Shown here piece by piece: positions 1-9,048 of a stretch of 44,182 bases of DNA; within the stretch, counting starts at the first letter, position 1; each line of letters opens with the position of its first letter. A program made the position numbers and the translations under genes. The DNA is from a virus (taxonomy: Duplodnaviria; Caudoviricetes): positions 1 to 44,182 of the IMG/VR virus record IMGVR_UViG_3300032365_000044; one strand, given 5' to 3'. The notes beneath the pieces were generated by a model that searched no databases, was not told where the DNA came from, and saw nothing but the letters and a program-made list of their open reading frames with translations.

Positions 1-1
1 G

Positions 2-1030
2 AGAATAACCAGCCGAGGCAAATCTAGCTGTAGCGGCCATTCTGCCTGTTTGAGTATTTCCCACATCGTCAAATCGCTCAGTGGTTCCAACATAAGCAGG
101 GGTACCACCGGTATAACCACAACTTGTAAATCCATAACCACCTTCTATTCTTACATGACCTCTTGTTGTTGATTCATTATAAACAAATAGTGTCAAACCT
201 TGAGTATGGGCAACATTTCTAGGGGTCATTTGATAGTTGCTTAAGAATACCGATAACTGTGGTCTAACGGTAGCATCTGTTGCTTCATAGGGTTGAACCG
301 CTGTAGAGCCACTTAAAGCGTCGCCAGCTATCCATACACAGATATGAGCACCAGCAGCCAATCCGCTATAAGTGTCAACCAAATACTGGACAAGAGAACC
401 AATAGGAATTATAGTCCATTGATTTGCTACAAATGAGAGAGCGATAGGATTACTCAAAACATTAGGATAAACGGCTGTTGATCCACCATCTACTGCAGGT
501 CGTGCTCCAGCAGCCGCTGCTTGAGCAGCATCTGCACTATCTGTCACCAATAAAAAGAAGTTCTTACTGGTAGTAGCCGTAGCACCCATTAGCTTTAAAT
601 GTGTATTTATAGTATCAATTGTTGATCCCGCCGGAATTGCAACGGGTAAGGCAAATCTGAAACAACACCATTGATGATAACCGCCATACATACCGAAATA
701 TACAACATTACCGACTTGAGATACCCACTGCCAACCCGAAGAATAATAAAATTCACCGTCATCATTGGCAGCAGCACCATTCATAATATCAAAACCAGTT
801 CCTGTAGGAGCTTGAACCAGTGAAGCTATCATTTTATAATTAGCATCTGCTTGAGCAGAACTAAATGTTATTACATTATTACCATGTGCTATCCATTGTT
901 TACCAATAGATGTGTATACTCCTCCTATTCCTGGAGACAACGAGTTCTGGATAATCTGGCCTGCACCCAACAAAGATACTCCACCACCTGATCCTAAACC
1001 AAAATCTATATTACCAAGAATATCACTCAT
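2..1030 (-). CDS. Virion structural/receptor-binding protein, truncated by window edge (DNRLRE/CBM-like domain followed by Kelch-like repeat)
   Basis: Not in the ORF track; read manually. ATG at 1030 with GGAGG RBS, open to the edge: MSDILGNIDFGLGSGGG...FRFALPVAIPAGSTIDT...RPQLSV...GFTSCGYTGGTPAYVGTTERFDD. Gly/Ala/Thr-rich. Confidence 0.6.
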   Translation of the reverse strand, partial: MSDILGNIDFGLGSGGGVSLLGAGQIIQNSLSPGIGGVYTSIGKQWIAHGNNVITFSSAQADANYKMIASLVQAPTGTGFDIMNGAAANDDGEFYYSSGWQWVSQVGNVVYFGMYGGYHQWCCFRFALPVAIPAGSTIDTINTHLKLMGATATTSKNFFLLVTDSADAAQAAAAGARPAVDGGSTAVYPNVLSNPIALSFVANQWTIIPIGSLVQYLVDTYSGLAAGAHICVWIAGDALSGSTAVQPYEATDATVRPQLSVFLSNYQMTPRNVAHTQGLTLFVYNESTTRGHVRIEGGYGFTSCGYTGGTPAYVGTTERFDDVGNTQTGRMAATARFASAGYS

Positions 1031-1073
1031 AAAGTACCTCCACTACCTGTTATTTAACGGATTATTCAACAAG

Positions 1074-1394
1074 TTAGTCCGTTTCCTCGTCAACAGATAT
1101 GTGAATTGCTACCCCAGGACCAGATGCTTTAGCTTGAATAGTATCACCAGGAACCAATGCAGTACCAGCTAGTTCCAAAATAAGTGTCTTTTCTAAACTA
1201 TTGCCAGCCAAAACAGCATTAGAAGCATCAGGAACTCCCTTTGCAGGAACAAAATTCATAGAAACAGTCAGTGTAGACACATTACTATTACAAAGTATTA
1301 TTTTCTTTACCTCTGTGTTCTTCGCATAAGTAGGAACTGCATAAACCACCACAAAATCGCCTCCGAGCACCATTGGAGCCACTTTCTCTAACAT
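1074..1394 (-). CDS. Small virion structural protein (beta-sandwich type)
   Basis: VYAVPT...VKKIILCN...LVPGDTIQAKAS pattern typical of small phage virion proteins; AGGAGG RBS; next to structural genes. Confidence 0.55.
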   Translation of the reverse strand: MLEKVAPMVLGGDFVVVYAVPTYAKNTEVKKIILCNSNVSTLTVSMNFVPAKGVPDASNAVLAGNSLEKTLILELAGTALVPGDTIQAKASGPGVAIHISVDEETD

Positions 1395-1533
1395 TTTTAA
1401 ATCCTCCTAAATCGTTTAGTTTATTTTTTATATCCCAAAGCCCTTAATTACTTTACAGCCATATCCTGAGCTATTCTGGAGCGTTACAGGGGTATTACAA
1501 GGATAAAACAGGAAAGAATACTCTATGAAAGGT

Positions 1534-1797
1534 CTAACTTAAATCTAACAGGCGGGATAATTTCTTTGCTTCTTCGTTTGCTCTATCTATTCCTTCTTGT
1601 GTCCAGAACTCGGTTGTTAATTTCACAGTTCCTTTCACAGTGTCTATCTCTATCGGAATACCTTCTTGCAAATATTCCAAATCTTCTTTCAAAATAGTAT
1701 TGAAAAATTCAACTAACATAAAAAATCCTTTGATGGCATATTTAACCCAAAAAGTTCCATCATCAGTTACTTTATTTATAACTCCAGTTACTATCAA
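1534..1797 (-). CDS. Hypothetical protein
   Basis: 87-aa ORF in operon orientation, GGAG RBS. Confidence 0.6.
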   Translation of the reverse strand: MIVTGVINKVTDDGTFWVKYAIKGFFMLVEFFNTILKEDLEYLQEGIPIEIDTVKGTVKLTTEFWTQEGIDRANEEAKKLSRLLDLS

Positions 1798-1813
1798 TTC
1801 GGACTCCCAATTA

Positions 1814-2476
1814 CTACAATCTTTGAATAATCATTCCTTTAGGCAGCCTCAATGTAGTCTCAAAAGCCAATTTCCCCATTACTCCTTTGTCATTATCTCC
1901 ATAATTTTTGATCCACTCTATTACTGGAATTATGTAGTCGTCTTCTAAAGATTCTGAAAATCTAAAAGGTCTGCCTTTCGCTCTACTCATATATTGTGAC
2001 TCTCTACCACCTACCCACTTTCCTAATACTTCCTCAACTCCGTATCCTGGAAATACCCCAGATTTAGTTCCAATCAATATAGCATTTTCATTATTCAATG
2101 CTTTAAATATTATTGAGTCTTGGTCAAATCTACTTCCTAAAGAAATAAGGTCTCTTTTTAATAGTTTTCCTTCAGGGCCACTACCATTATCCCACACAAA
2201 AAAACTTTCTTCTTTAACTTCAACCTCTTGAGGCGTTCCAATATTCTCTTTAAAAATCCCCGTGACTTTGACAAACTCATATCTATTCAAACTTCCTTCA
2301 AGCCTTTTATTTCTATTTCTATTTTCATCCCTGCCGTATGCACTTCTAAAAGCTGTGATTATCCCTACACTTGCCTTTTGTAAATGTGACCAAAATCTAG
2401 ATAATCCTTTAGCTTCAGAAACATAATCTAAATCTTCTATTTTATTCAATACCACTTCTCTAATTGATTTCATCAA
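1814..2476 (-). CDS. S-adenosylmethionine lyase (T3 SAMase-like) homologue
   Basis: Motifs IITAFRS...ENRNRN...VTGIFKE...KEESFFV...FDQDSIIFK align by eye with T3 SAMase VSAFRS...NMSRH...LTGCYRE...TEEKTVRV...WEQDCVLVYK. Confidence 0.65.
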   Translation of the reverse strand: MMKSIREVVLNKIEDLDYVSEAKGLSRFWSHLQKASVGIITAFRSAYGRDENRNRNKRLEGSLNRYEFVKVTGIFKENIGTPQEVEVKEESFFVWDNGSGPEGKLLKRDLISLGSRFDQDSIIFKALNNENAILIGTKSGVFPGYGVEEVLGKWVGGRESQYMSRAKGRPFRFSESLEDDYIIPVIEWIKNYGDNDKGVMGKLAFETTLRLPKGMIIQRL

Positions 2477-2501
2477 AATAATTACAACCTCAAAGTTGTT
2501 T

Positions 2502-4085
2502 TCAAATATTTTTTTCCATCATGAATACTAAATTACCACAATCCCAAATTCTATTGAGTCCCTCTTCCTGCCTCAACTGCCACTCTGTTTTATCTTTAGG
2601 TTCATCTTGTCTTTTTCTCAAAGCAAATCTGTGAATCCTCTTTCTATCATTATTGAAATACCAATAGTTTGGTTCACTCGTTCTCAATAATTTAAACCCC
2701 AATTTGTAATACAAATCTCCATTACTCCATCTTCTATCAGCATAAGATATTATTTTATTCCACAAATAATTTCTTGTAAAATAAGATAATAGCTTAGATG
2801 CAACACCTACAACCTTATAGTTTATATGAGAACAAAATCTGTTAAGCTCCCATGCCCCTTCTTCAGGCTTGCTTCCTTTAGCAATAGAAAGTTTACTAAA
2901 TGTCATTACTGATATTAGTTCATCTTTATAAAATGCCCCTATTCTGATCTTTGAACCGGCGTTGCCTTGGATATGGTAAGCATTCAGAAAGGCAGAAGCT
3001 TCGTCATTACGTATCTCTCGTATATCACAATCTCTAGCATAAATAGACAAAGAATTATCAATACCTAAAATATGAAGTATTCTGTTTAGAACAACGTCTT
3101 TTCTATTTAGATATTCATCTCCAAAAACTGTGATAAGGCTATGTCCTTTTTCCTGACATCGTTCTAATTTGCCTATATGATAATCTTTGTGTTTCCCATT
3201 CAATTCTGAATGCCAATGAAGACCACAATACTCTATTGCTAACTTTTTATCTGGAATAACAATATCAAGCTCGTATGGGGAAATAACAATCTTATTTCTG
3301 TGTTCGCAGCTAATTTTTGAGTTAAGAAACTCAAAAATTTCTCTCTCTGGCTCTGAAGAATAAGAAACACAGTGGGGGCATCTTATGCCTTGTTGAAAAT
3401 TTCCCCACGTTATGGAGTGCTTGTGCCCTTTTGGACAAATATATTCCAATTTTTGATAAGCATTTATATATCTATCGGTCAATAAGTCATAGCCACATTC
3501 TTGAAAATACGACCTTACATACTCTATCTTCAATACTTGATTACCAGCACACAAAGCACATCTTCTTCCTAACACCCAACTTCCCCAAGTTATATAATAC
3601 CTATGCCCCCTGGGGCATATAAAATTCAATCTTTGTGTATTATTCTCATATTCTTGGGATAATAATTGATACCTTTCTCTCTCAAAAGAATTTTTAATAT
3701 CTTGATAGGTGACAACTTTGAGATTACAAACACCACATCGCTGCCCGTCCTGCCAAGCTCTCCACTCCATTGAGTGCTTATGACCATTAGGACAGATAAA
3801 TTCTAACTTCTGATGAGCATTTCTATATTCAGTCGTCAATAATTGATAGTTTTCTTTTTCAAAAGCATCTCTTATCTTGAAAATATTATTAGAATACCTC
3901 CCAGAACAAACCACGCATCTTCTACCCGCTGACCAGCTATCATAAGTTATAAAATGCTTATGCCCTTCAGAACAAATGTAATCCAACTTTTGACGATTAT
4001 TCTTGTAGTCAGCAGCCAACGTCAATAACTGATACCCCTCAACCTCAAAAGATTTTCTTATTCTGTCAAAATCTATTCTTTTCAT
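2502..4085 (-). CDS. Free-standing homing endonuclease (Hef-like: four Zn-finger repeats, Vsr/PD-(D/E)XK-like nuclease, C-terminal domain)
   Basis: Four ~60-aa repeats (Y.LL...Y.N...KL..IC..GH...W....G.RC..C), then S.PE.EI...ELDIVIP...AIEYCGLHWHS and a WELNRFC...SYADRRWS...IWDCG C-terminus. Confidence 0.8.
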   Translation of the reverse strand: MKRIDFDRIRKSFEVEGYQLLTLAADYKNNRQKLDYICSEGHKHFITYDSWSAGRRCVVCSGRYSNNIFKIRDAFEKENYQLLTTEYRNAHQKLEFICPNGHKHSMEWRAWQDGQRCGVCNLKVVTYQDIKNSFERERYQLLSQEYENNTQRLNFICPRGHRYYITWGSWVLGRRCALCAGNQVLKIEYVRSYFQECGYDLLTDRYINAYQKLEYICPKGHKHSITWGNFQQGIRCPHCVSYSSEPEREIFEFLNSKISCEHRNKIVISPYELDIVIPDKKLAIEYCGLHWHSELNGKHKDYHIGKLERCQEKGHSLITVFGDEYLNRKDVVLNRILHILGIDNSLSIYARDCDIREIRNDEASAFLNAYHIQGNAGSKIRIGAFYKDELISVMTFSKLSIAKGSKPEEGAWELNRFCSHINYKVVGVASKLLSYFTRNYLWNKIISYADRRWSNGDLYYKLGFKLLRTSEPNYWYFNNDRKRIHRFALRKRQDEPKDKTEWQLRQEEGLNRIWDCGNLVFMMEKNI

Positions 4086-4117
4086 TTCAAGTACTCCTTC
4101 AAAATCAGCATACTCTT

Positions 4118-4147
4118 ATTATACCACAAAGGGGTTAGTCTTGTCAA
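4118..4147 (-). promoter_or_regulatory. sigma70-type promoter TTGACA-N18-TATAAT with extended -10 TG
   Basis: Minus strand TTGACAAGACTAACCCCTTTGTGGTATAAT, about 30 nt upstream of the endonuclease start. Confidence 0.75.
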
Positions 4148-4158
4148 CCAACCCCCTT
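4128..4158 (-). terminator. Stem-loop after the major capsid gene (probable terminator), overlapping the promoter
   Basis: AAGGGGGTTGGTT-GACAA-GACTAACCCCTTT about 20 nt after the capsid stop codon. Confidence 0.6.
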
Positions 4159-4180
4159 ATAGTTTTAACACAACATATGA

Positions 4181-5692
4181 TTAGAAGTGTACAATCTTTC
4201 CAATTCTGTAGAAGTTGCCATTATTAATGACAACATCATACATACTCAATACTGCCTTCTGGCCCTGAAGCTCCTTAGTGGTCAAGGTCTGGGTGAAATA
4301 TATAGGAATCCAGTCTGCCTTAATAACCCCGGAGTCTCCCGGCAATATACCATTATATCCAACTACGAACCAATCTGCATTTAGACCAGAATCTTTAATA
4401 ACAGTAATTGCTCCGTCTAATGAACCAATTACGTGTGCTCCGATAGGCATAATGTTCTGTGCCGGTACGAAAGTCTTAAGCTGTTTCATAACAGCAGCGA
4501 CGTTATTACCGCAAATCATCCAAGACACACTGCCACGGCCAGCAGCCGCATAGATTTTATTCTCACCTTTAGCCACAGTGATCATAAAGTCTTGGAAAAT
4601 CTGTGTTCTTGTAACACCACCAGTGCCAGGAAGTGCAGCATCAAACACCAAATCGGCATCAAATGCGGCTCCACCTTGTGCAGCCTGAGCAGCGTTAATA
4701 CAAACGTTGATTACCTGACGATCTGATTCAATCTTGATGAATTGAGCAGCCAATGTGCTAACAGTATCTTCAACATCCAAGTTGATAGATGCCATAGCAG
4801 CAAGACCTGCCTGCACCGACCAGGTTAATGCCAACGGATGACTTTTAGCCACAACAGGGATGATCCGTAGACCAATTTCAACCTGTCTAATAGCATTAAC
4901 ACTTCTCTGATCATATGCAGTCTGCTCACAAACGTAACAAGACTGTTCTGTATCAACTGCGTACTCGATAGTAACATCAGTAGGAACAGGAATAGATGTG
5001 AAAAGTAACGTACCAACACCTGTAGTATTGTTAACACTGGAACCTGTTAGCTGCATCTGCGGAGATGGAGCTGACATACCAGGAGTACCAGCAATATTAC
5101 CAGAAGCATCAGCCTGACCAATAATAGCACCATCACCATTTTTAATGACCAAAGTTGCTGGTCTCAATGGCTTAAATACTGTTACAAATGGATATGTGCC
5201 AACTGAAGCAATATGAAGAATTTGAGAATAATATTCAGATGCATATGTGCCGTCAGTTTGATTCACAAAAACTTCTTGACCGGCTGTTACACCAGCAGCA
5301 GTGTTTGTGTACTGTGGTCTAATTACAACGACCTGACCAGTTAACTGATCAAGAGGCTGAATTGATGCAATTATGTGCTGAATAGAATTCGGATAGAATA
5401 TACGAACAACGTCCATGATCCTGGGAGCCAAATCACCCAACTTTGATGTAATAACAGACTCACCAAAGTTCTTCTTTGCGGTCTCCATGAATCTTGCCTG
5501 GTTGCGAAGTACTATTGAAGTCATCGCACCGATATAGTTCTCCTGCACATCGGCACTTTCAAATAAGTTGCCAAGCATGGGATATTTCTGACGAAACATT
5601 TCATCATAAATCTTAACGCCTTCAGAGATTACGGCATTTTTCTGCTGTTGTGCCTGCACTTCAGCAGCATCACCTACCAAATAATCTATCAT
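4181..5692 (-). CDS. Major capsid protein (T4 gp23-like)
   Basis: 503 aa; VRIFYPNSI...ASIQPL...TGQV, L...WSVQA...DVEDTVS...IKIESDRQVI, W.ICG...IGSL...VVGYNG...WIPIY, typical of the gp23 family; lies downstream of portal and protease. Confidence 0.9.
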   Translation of the reverse strand: MIDYLVGDAAEVQAQQQKNAVISEGVKIYDEMFRQKYPMLGNLFESADVQENYIGAMTSIVLRNQARFMETAKKNFGESVITSKLGDLAPRIMDVVRIFYPNSIQHIIASIQPLDQLTGQVVVIRPQYTNTAAGVTAGQEVFVNQTDGTYASEYYSQILHIASVGTYPFVTVFKPLRPATLVIKNGDGAIIGQADASGNIAGTPGMSAPSPQMQLTGSSVNNTTGVGTLLFTSIPVPTDVTIEYAVDTEQSCYVCEQTAYDQRSVNAIRQVEIGLRIIPVVAKSHPLALTWSVQAGLAAMASINLDVEDTVSTLAAQFIKIESDRQVINVCINAAQAAQGGAAFDADLVFDAALPGTGGVTRTQIFQDFMITVAKGENKIYAAAGRGSVSWMICGNNVAAVMKQLKTFVPAQNIMPIGAHVIGSLDGAITVIKDSGLNADWFVVGYNGILPGDSGVIKADWIPIYFTQTLTTKELQGQKAVLSMYDVVINNGNFYRIGKIVHF

Positions 5693-5837
5693 AAGTTTCC
5701 TCCATTAATATTAAGTTATTTGTCTCTACTGAAGCTTTACTGCGTAGTAGGGAACCTTCCCTGGAGGAGAGATATTGGCTCTTATTACCTCTAAAAAGCA
5801 ATAAGGTACATTATCATATACTAGTTTATTTTCTGTG

Positions 5838-5886
5838 CAAAAAAATAAAAAAATCCGGTGAAGGCAGGTTATATACTACCTTCACC
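5838..5886 (-). terminator. Intrinsic terminator between the protease/scaffold and capsid genes
   Basis: GGTGAAGGTAG-loop-CTGCCTTCACC (11-bp stem, one G-U pair) followed by GGATTTTTTTATTTTTTT. Confidence 0.7.
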
Positions 5887-5900
5887 AATGAGTAAACCAC

Positions 5901-5925
5901 ATCTTCACAACAAAAAGGGGGGAAA
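5901..5925 (-). promoter_or_regulatory. 25-bp conserved element, copy 1 (TTTCCCCCCTTTTTGTTGTGAAGAT)
   Basis: Identical to 10896-10920; intergenic, upstream of the capsid gene. Confidence 0.65.
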
Positions 5926-5944
5926 TCCAAAAGAACTGATATTT

Positions 5945-7603
5945 TTACCTCCAACCCTTCAACGTATTCATACCCTTGACATCATAAATCTTCTTTTCAC
6001 CTTTACTTTCTGTAATAATCTGAAGTTTAGATGCATCTTTAGCCTTGTCAAGAGTCTCTAACAATTGAGAAACTCTAACTTCTACTTCCTTGACTGTCTT
6101 ACATCTCTTAAGATCATTTTCAAATAACTTGAGTTCAGGATTCTTACGAAGATGGAATCCCACTGAATTATGAATCTTTGAGTCAGTCACAGTAATAGGA
6201 GTTGTAGTATCCCTATGTCTAATAGCCTCAATAATCTCCATTGCAGACTTCAAGGTTTCCCTATTAGTTTCACTGAGTTCCAATGAAGAATTCAATGATC
6301 CTCTCAAAGTGCCTATCAATCCATGAGCTGCCCTTGTATGCTCTACCAAGCCCTCGATAATATCAACCGACTTATCAACTTCAGCAGTCTTGCTCTGTGC
6401 ATAACTCCTTGTAAGTTCGAGCAATGAATTAGAATTTGCACCAAACTGGCGAAGGTCTTCTGCTACTGTTTCAACTTCAACAGCATAATCTCTCAATCCG
6501 GCAATAACATCCTCTGCTCTCAAAGCATACTCCCTCAAGTCTTCAGAAACATCTTCCAACTGAAGTGTATAATCCCTCAAATCCTCAACAACTTCTTCAA
6601 GACCTAATGCATAATTCTTAAGATCAACAACAGTCTCAAGAGTCTCACTGATCTCCTTGTCCTGTTTCTTGATTGTAGCTCTCAAAACTGACCGTTCAGA
6701 AATCAGAGCTTTCTTCTCTTCTTTCAATTCAAGAATCTTTTCTTTCAATGCTAGGATAAGTGCAGACTTCTTATCTATTACTTCAGTGGCTTCCTTATGA
6801 GCCTCAGAACACTCTTCAACATCATGTTCCAATGTTGTCACTTTTTCGTTCAAAACTTTTAATTCATCCATTCCTGTTTTCTCCTCCGTTATTGGGGTTT
6901 TTTTGCCTGAACTCTTATCAAGTCCGATTCCTGGGATAGTCCCGTTATTCAAACTTTCTGTTACCCTCTGCATAATCGATTCTACAATACGAGATTCATC
7001 TACCTTCAATAATTCTGATATTGATTTATTACCAACAAGTCGGGCAGTAGCCTTATAACCAATTCCTGTATAAATACCAGTTGATGGTAATCCAACAGTA
7101 TCAGTTCCTCCATATTCGTATACAGAAACATCACCATTCTCTACTACACCCCTGCCTCTTATTGAAACTCCATATCTTGCTCCTCCCAAGAAACTATTAG
7201 TTAAATCAGTCCCTCTGAGATTAGGCAGACACAGCCACTTATTCCAAATAACATCTTTGTCGTCAATAAAAGCTTCAATAATCAAATGACTCACGTGATC
7301 GGGATCAACAAAAAACGTAGACGGGTGTTTGCCGTGAGTTCCATGTACAAATCCGTTCTTCATGGGTTCGGCTATTTTAGATAATGCAGATTCCACCACT
7401 GCTCTTTTATAAGACCTCTTATTAGCAGTCTCTTTATTGACATATCCTACTGGTAATGTCAATTCTAACATACCATTTTGGTTTTGTATTGACTCGGATA
7501 TTACTGATCTATCTTCTTTGAAGTCAATAGTCATAGGAATAAATTTCACTTCTCCATTTTCCAACAATGAGAAATCTTCAAAAAGCAATTCCACTTTATC
7601 CAT
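5945..7603 (-). CDS. Prohead protease (gp21-like) fused to a coiled-coil scaffold/core domain
   Basis: N-terminal NKRSY...HP...VSH...GVSIRGRG...DTVGLPS protease motifs; C-terminal long acidic coiled coil with 14-aa repeats. Confidence 0.85.
   Translation of the reverse strand: MDKVELLFEDFSLLENGEVKFIPMTIDFKEDRSVISESIQNQNGMLELTLPVGYVNKETANKRSYKRAVVESALSKIAEPMKNGFVHGTHGKHPSTFFVDPDHVSHLIIEAFIDDKDVIWNKWLCLPNLRGTDLTNSFLGGARYGVSIRGRGVVENGDVSVYEYGGTDTVGLPSTGIYTGIGYKATARLVGNKSISELLKVDESRIVESIMQRVTESLNNGTIPGIGLDKSSGKKTPITEEKTGMDELKVLNEKVTTLEHDVEECSEAHKEATEVIDKKSALILALKEKILELKEEKKALISERSVLRATIKKQDKEISETLETVVDLKNYALGLEEVVEDLRDYTLQLEDVSEDLREYALRAEDVIAGLRDYAVEVETVAEDLRQFGANSNSLLELTRSYAQSKTAEVDKSVDIIEGLVEHTRAAHGLIGTLRGSLNSSLELSETNRETLKSAMEIIEAIRHRDTTTPITVTDSKIHNSVGFHLRKNPELKLFENDLKRCKTVKEVEVRVSQLLETLDKAKDASKLQIITESKGEKKIYDVKGMNTLKGWR
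6425..6635 (-). repeat. About five tandem 42-bp (14-aa) coding repeats in the scaffold domain
   Basis: VVDLKNYALGLEEV / VEDLRDYTLQLEDV / SEDLREYALRAEDV / IAGLRDYAVEVETV / AEDLRQF; boundaries approximate. Confidence 0.7.
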
Positions 7604-7664
7604 TCACACACCTCCTTAGTAGGTATTTCTTGATTTCCAACATCTGCTGAAAATCAGATTCTAT

Positions 7665-8222
7665 TTACTCTTCATCCTCTTTGGATTTTTTACTAAACTT
7701 TTTAGTTTTTCTTTCTTTGTATTTCTTTTTTACTTCGATTGCTGCCGATTTTATAGACTTGGCTGTTTTTTTGGCTAATTGGGCAAGTTTTCTTATAAAC
7801 ATTGGAATAAGTGCTACTATCAAGCCTATTGCAAGACCTTGAGCCGTCTCTTTACTGATCCCAAAATATATAAGCAGACCAGGAACAAGAACTGTTTCCA
7901 CATACACTAAATACCCATTAGTCAATCCTTTTTCTACACCATATTTTTTGATAGCGTCTCTTATATCTTTATACGCTTCAGTTATATGCTTCAGTTGAAC
8001 AGTTTCAGAAACAGATTTGAACTTGTTGAAAAGAACCTTGATATTTGGGTACTCCTCCTTGAAGTTTTTATAAACATCTGGCATGATTTCATCAAAAGCT
8101 GCTGAAATAAACTCGTCTAAAATAACTTCTCCCGTTTCTGAAATCTCAAACAAAACATCTTGATATAATATAATATCTCTAATAGAGGATTCTTCAGATA
8201 AACATTGTCCTACAGTTATCAT
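7665..8222 (-). CDS. Head-module hypothetical protein with hydrophobic hairpin and basic C-terminus
   Basis: 185 aa between portal and protease; hydrophobic stretch VLVPGLLIYFG...LAIGLIVALIPMF; Lys-rich tail. Confidence 0.65.
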   Translation of the reverse strand: MITVGQCLSEESSIRDIILYQDVLFEISETGEVILDEFISAAFDEIMPDVYKNFKEEYPNIKVLFNKFKSVSETVQLKHITEAYKDIRDAIKKYGVEKGLTNGYLVYVETVLVPGLLIYFGISKETAQGLAIGLIVALIPMFIRKLAQLAKKTAKSIKSAAIEVKKKYKERKTKKFSKKSKEDEE

Positions 8223-8238
8223 ATGTTCTTATCCCCCT

Positions 8239-8418
8239 TTACGGTCCCTCTAAATTAACTACAAGATTAGGGTCTGTCCAATATAAAAGAGATATGCCAG
8301 AAGGTGAACTAACACTCCCAGGTCCCTCTAAACTCACAACAAGAGTAGGATCAACCCAAGATAAATCACTTGCTCTTTCTGTCTCTATATAAGCATCTAT
8401 ATTTATTACAGTTGACAT
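8239..8418 (-). CDS. 59-aa protein with an internal duplicated motif
   Basis: Read manually: MSTVINIDAYIETERASDLSWVDPTLVVSLEGPGSVSSPSGISLLYWTDPNLVVNLEGP*; AAGGAG upstream; fills the gap in the operon. Confidence 0.65.
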   Translation of the reverse strand: MSTVINIDAYIETERASDLSWVDPTLVVSLEGPGSVSSPSGISLLYWTDPNLVVNLEGP

Positions 8419-8445
8419 CTTTGCTTACTCACTCCTTGTTTGATC

Positions 8446-8634
8446 CTAAAAAGGCTCCCGCATATTACGTGCTGTCCATTCAGCCAAAAATTTCTTGGCC
8501 TTTTCCATATCTATATCCCCTTTTTCATCAATATACTGCATTCCAGTAAAAACACAACACGCATGAGATTGATCGACTCCTCCACTGCCTTTGTGACATT
8601 CGCATGTACAAAAATTCCCCATAGGTTCTTCCAT
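8446..8634 (-). CDS. Small Cys/His-rich hypothetical protein
   Basis: CTCECH...HACC; AAAGGAG RBS. Confidence 0.6.
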   Translation of the reverse strand: MEEPMGNFCTCECHKGSGGVDQSHACCVFTGMQYIDEKGDIDMEKAKKFLAEWTARNMREPF

Positions 8635-8655
8635 ATCAGTCTCCTTTCTAATCAG

Positions 8656-9048
8656 TTATTTAACTTTACTAACAGTAAGTCCTTTGTTTGTCCTTTCTTC
8701 GGTTATTTCTTCATAGTACATATTATCCAAAGTAACAGCCATACCTTTACCATCCAATTCTCGTGTAAATATTTCCCTGTAATTGAATGGAGGAAGTACG
8801 GTTTGTCTTTCAGTAATCTTGTACACTTTTCCATTACATACCATTACTTTTTTATATCCAGTCAATTCTTCAAACACTTTATCGTATTTATTTGATATAT
8901 TCATATCAGAACAAAACATCGGCAGGTCTTCCCATCCAATAAAATAACTATCATCACTACCCACATCAAGAACTTCTATTCCTGATAGGGTCATTCGTGT
9001 TAATACCAACTGTCTGTCTATGAAAGTGTCTTGACTATCTGTTCCCAC
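8656..9048 (-). CDS. Hypothetical protein
   Basis: 130-aa ORF overlapping the portal 3' end. Confidence 0.6.
   Translation of the reverse strand: MGTDSQDTFIDRQLVLTRMTLSGIEVLDVGSDDSYFIGWEDLPMFCSDMNISNKYDKVFEELTGYKKVMVCNGKVYKITERQTVLPPFNYREIFTRELDGKGMAVTLDNMYYEEITEERTNKGLTVSKVK

Noticed and set aside
3370-4085. Repeats in the endonuclease gene as a DGR or non-coding repeat
   Set aside because: They are degenerate protein-level Zn-finger repeats, and no reverse transcriptase is present.
5810-5840. TTGCAC...TATGAT/GATAAT sigma70-like promoter before the capsid gene
   Set aside because: The spacer is 16 or 19 bp and the boxes are imperfect.
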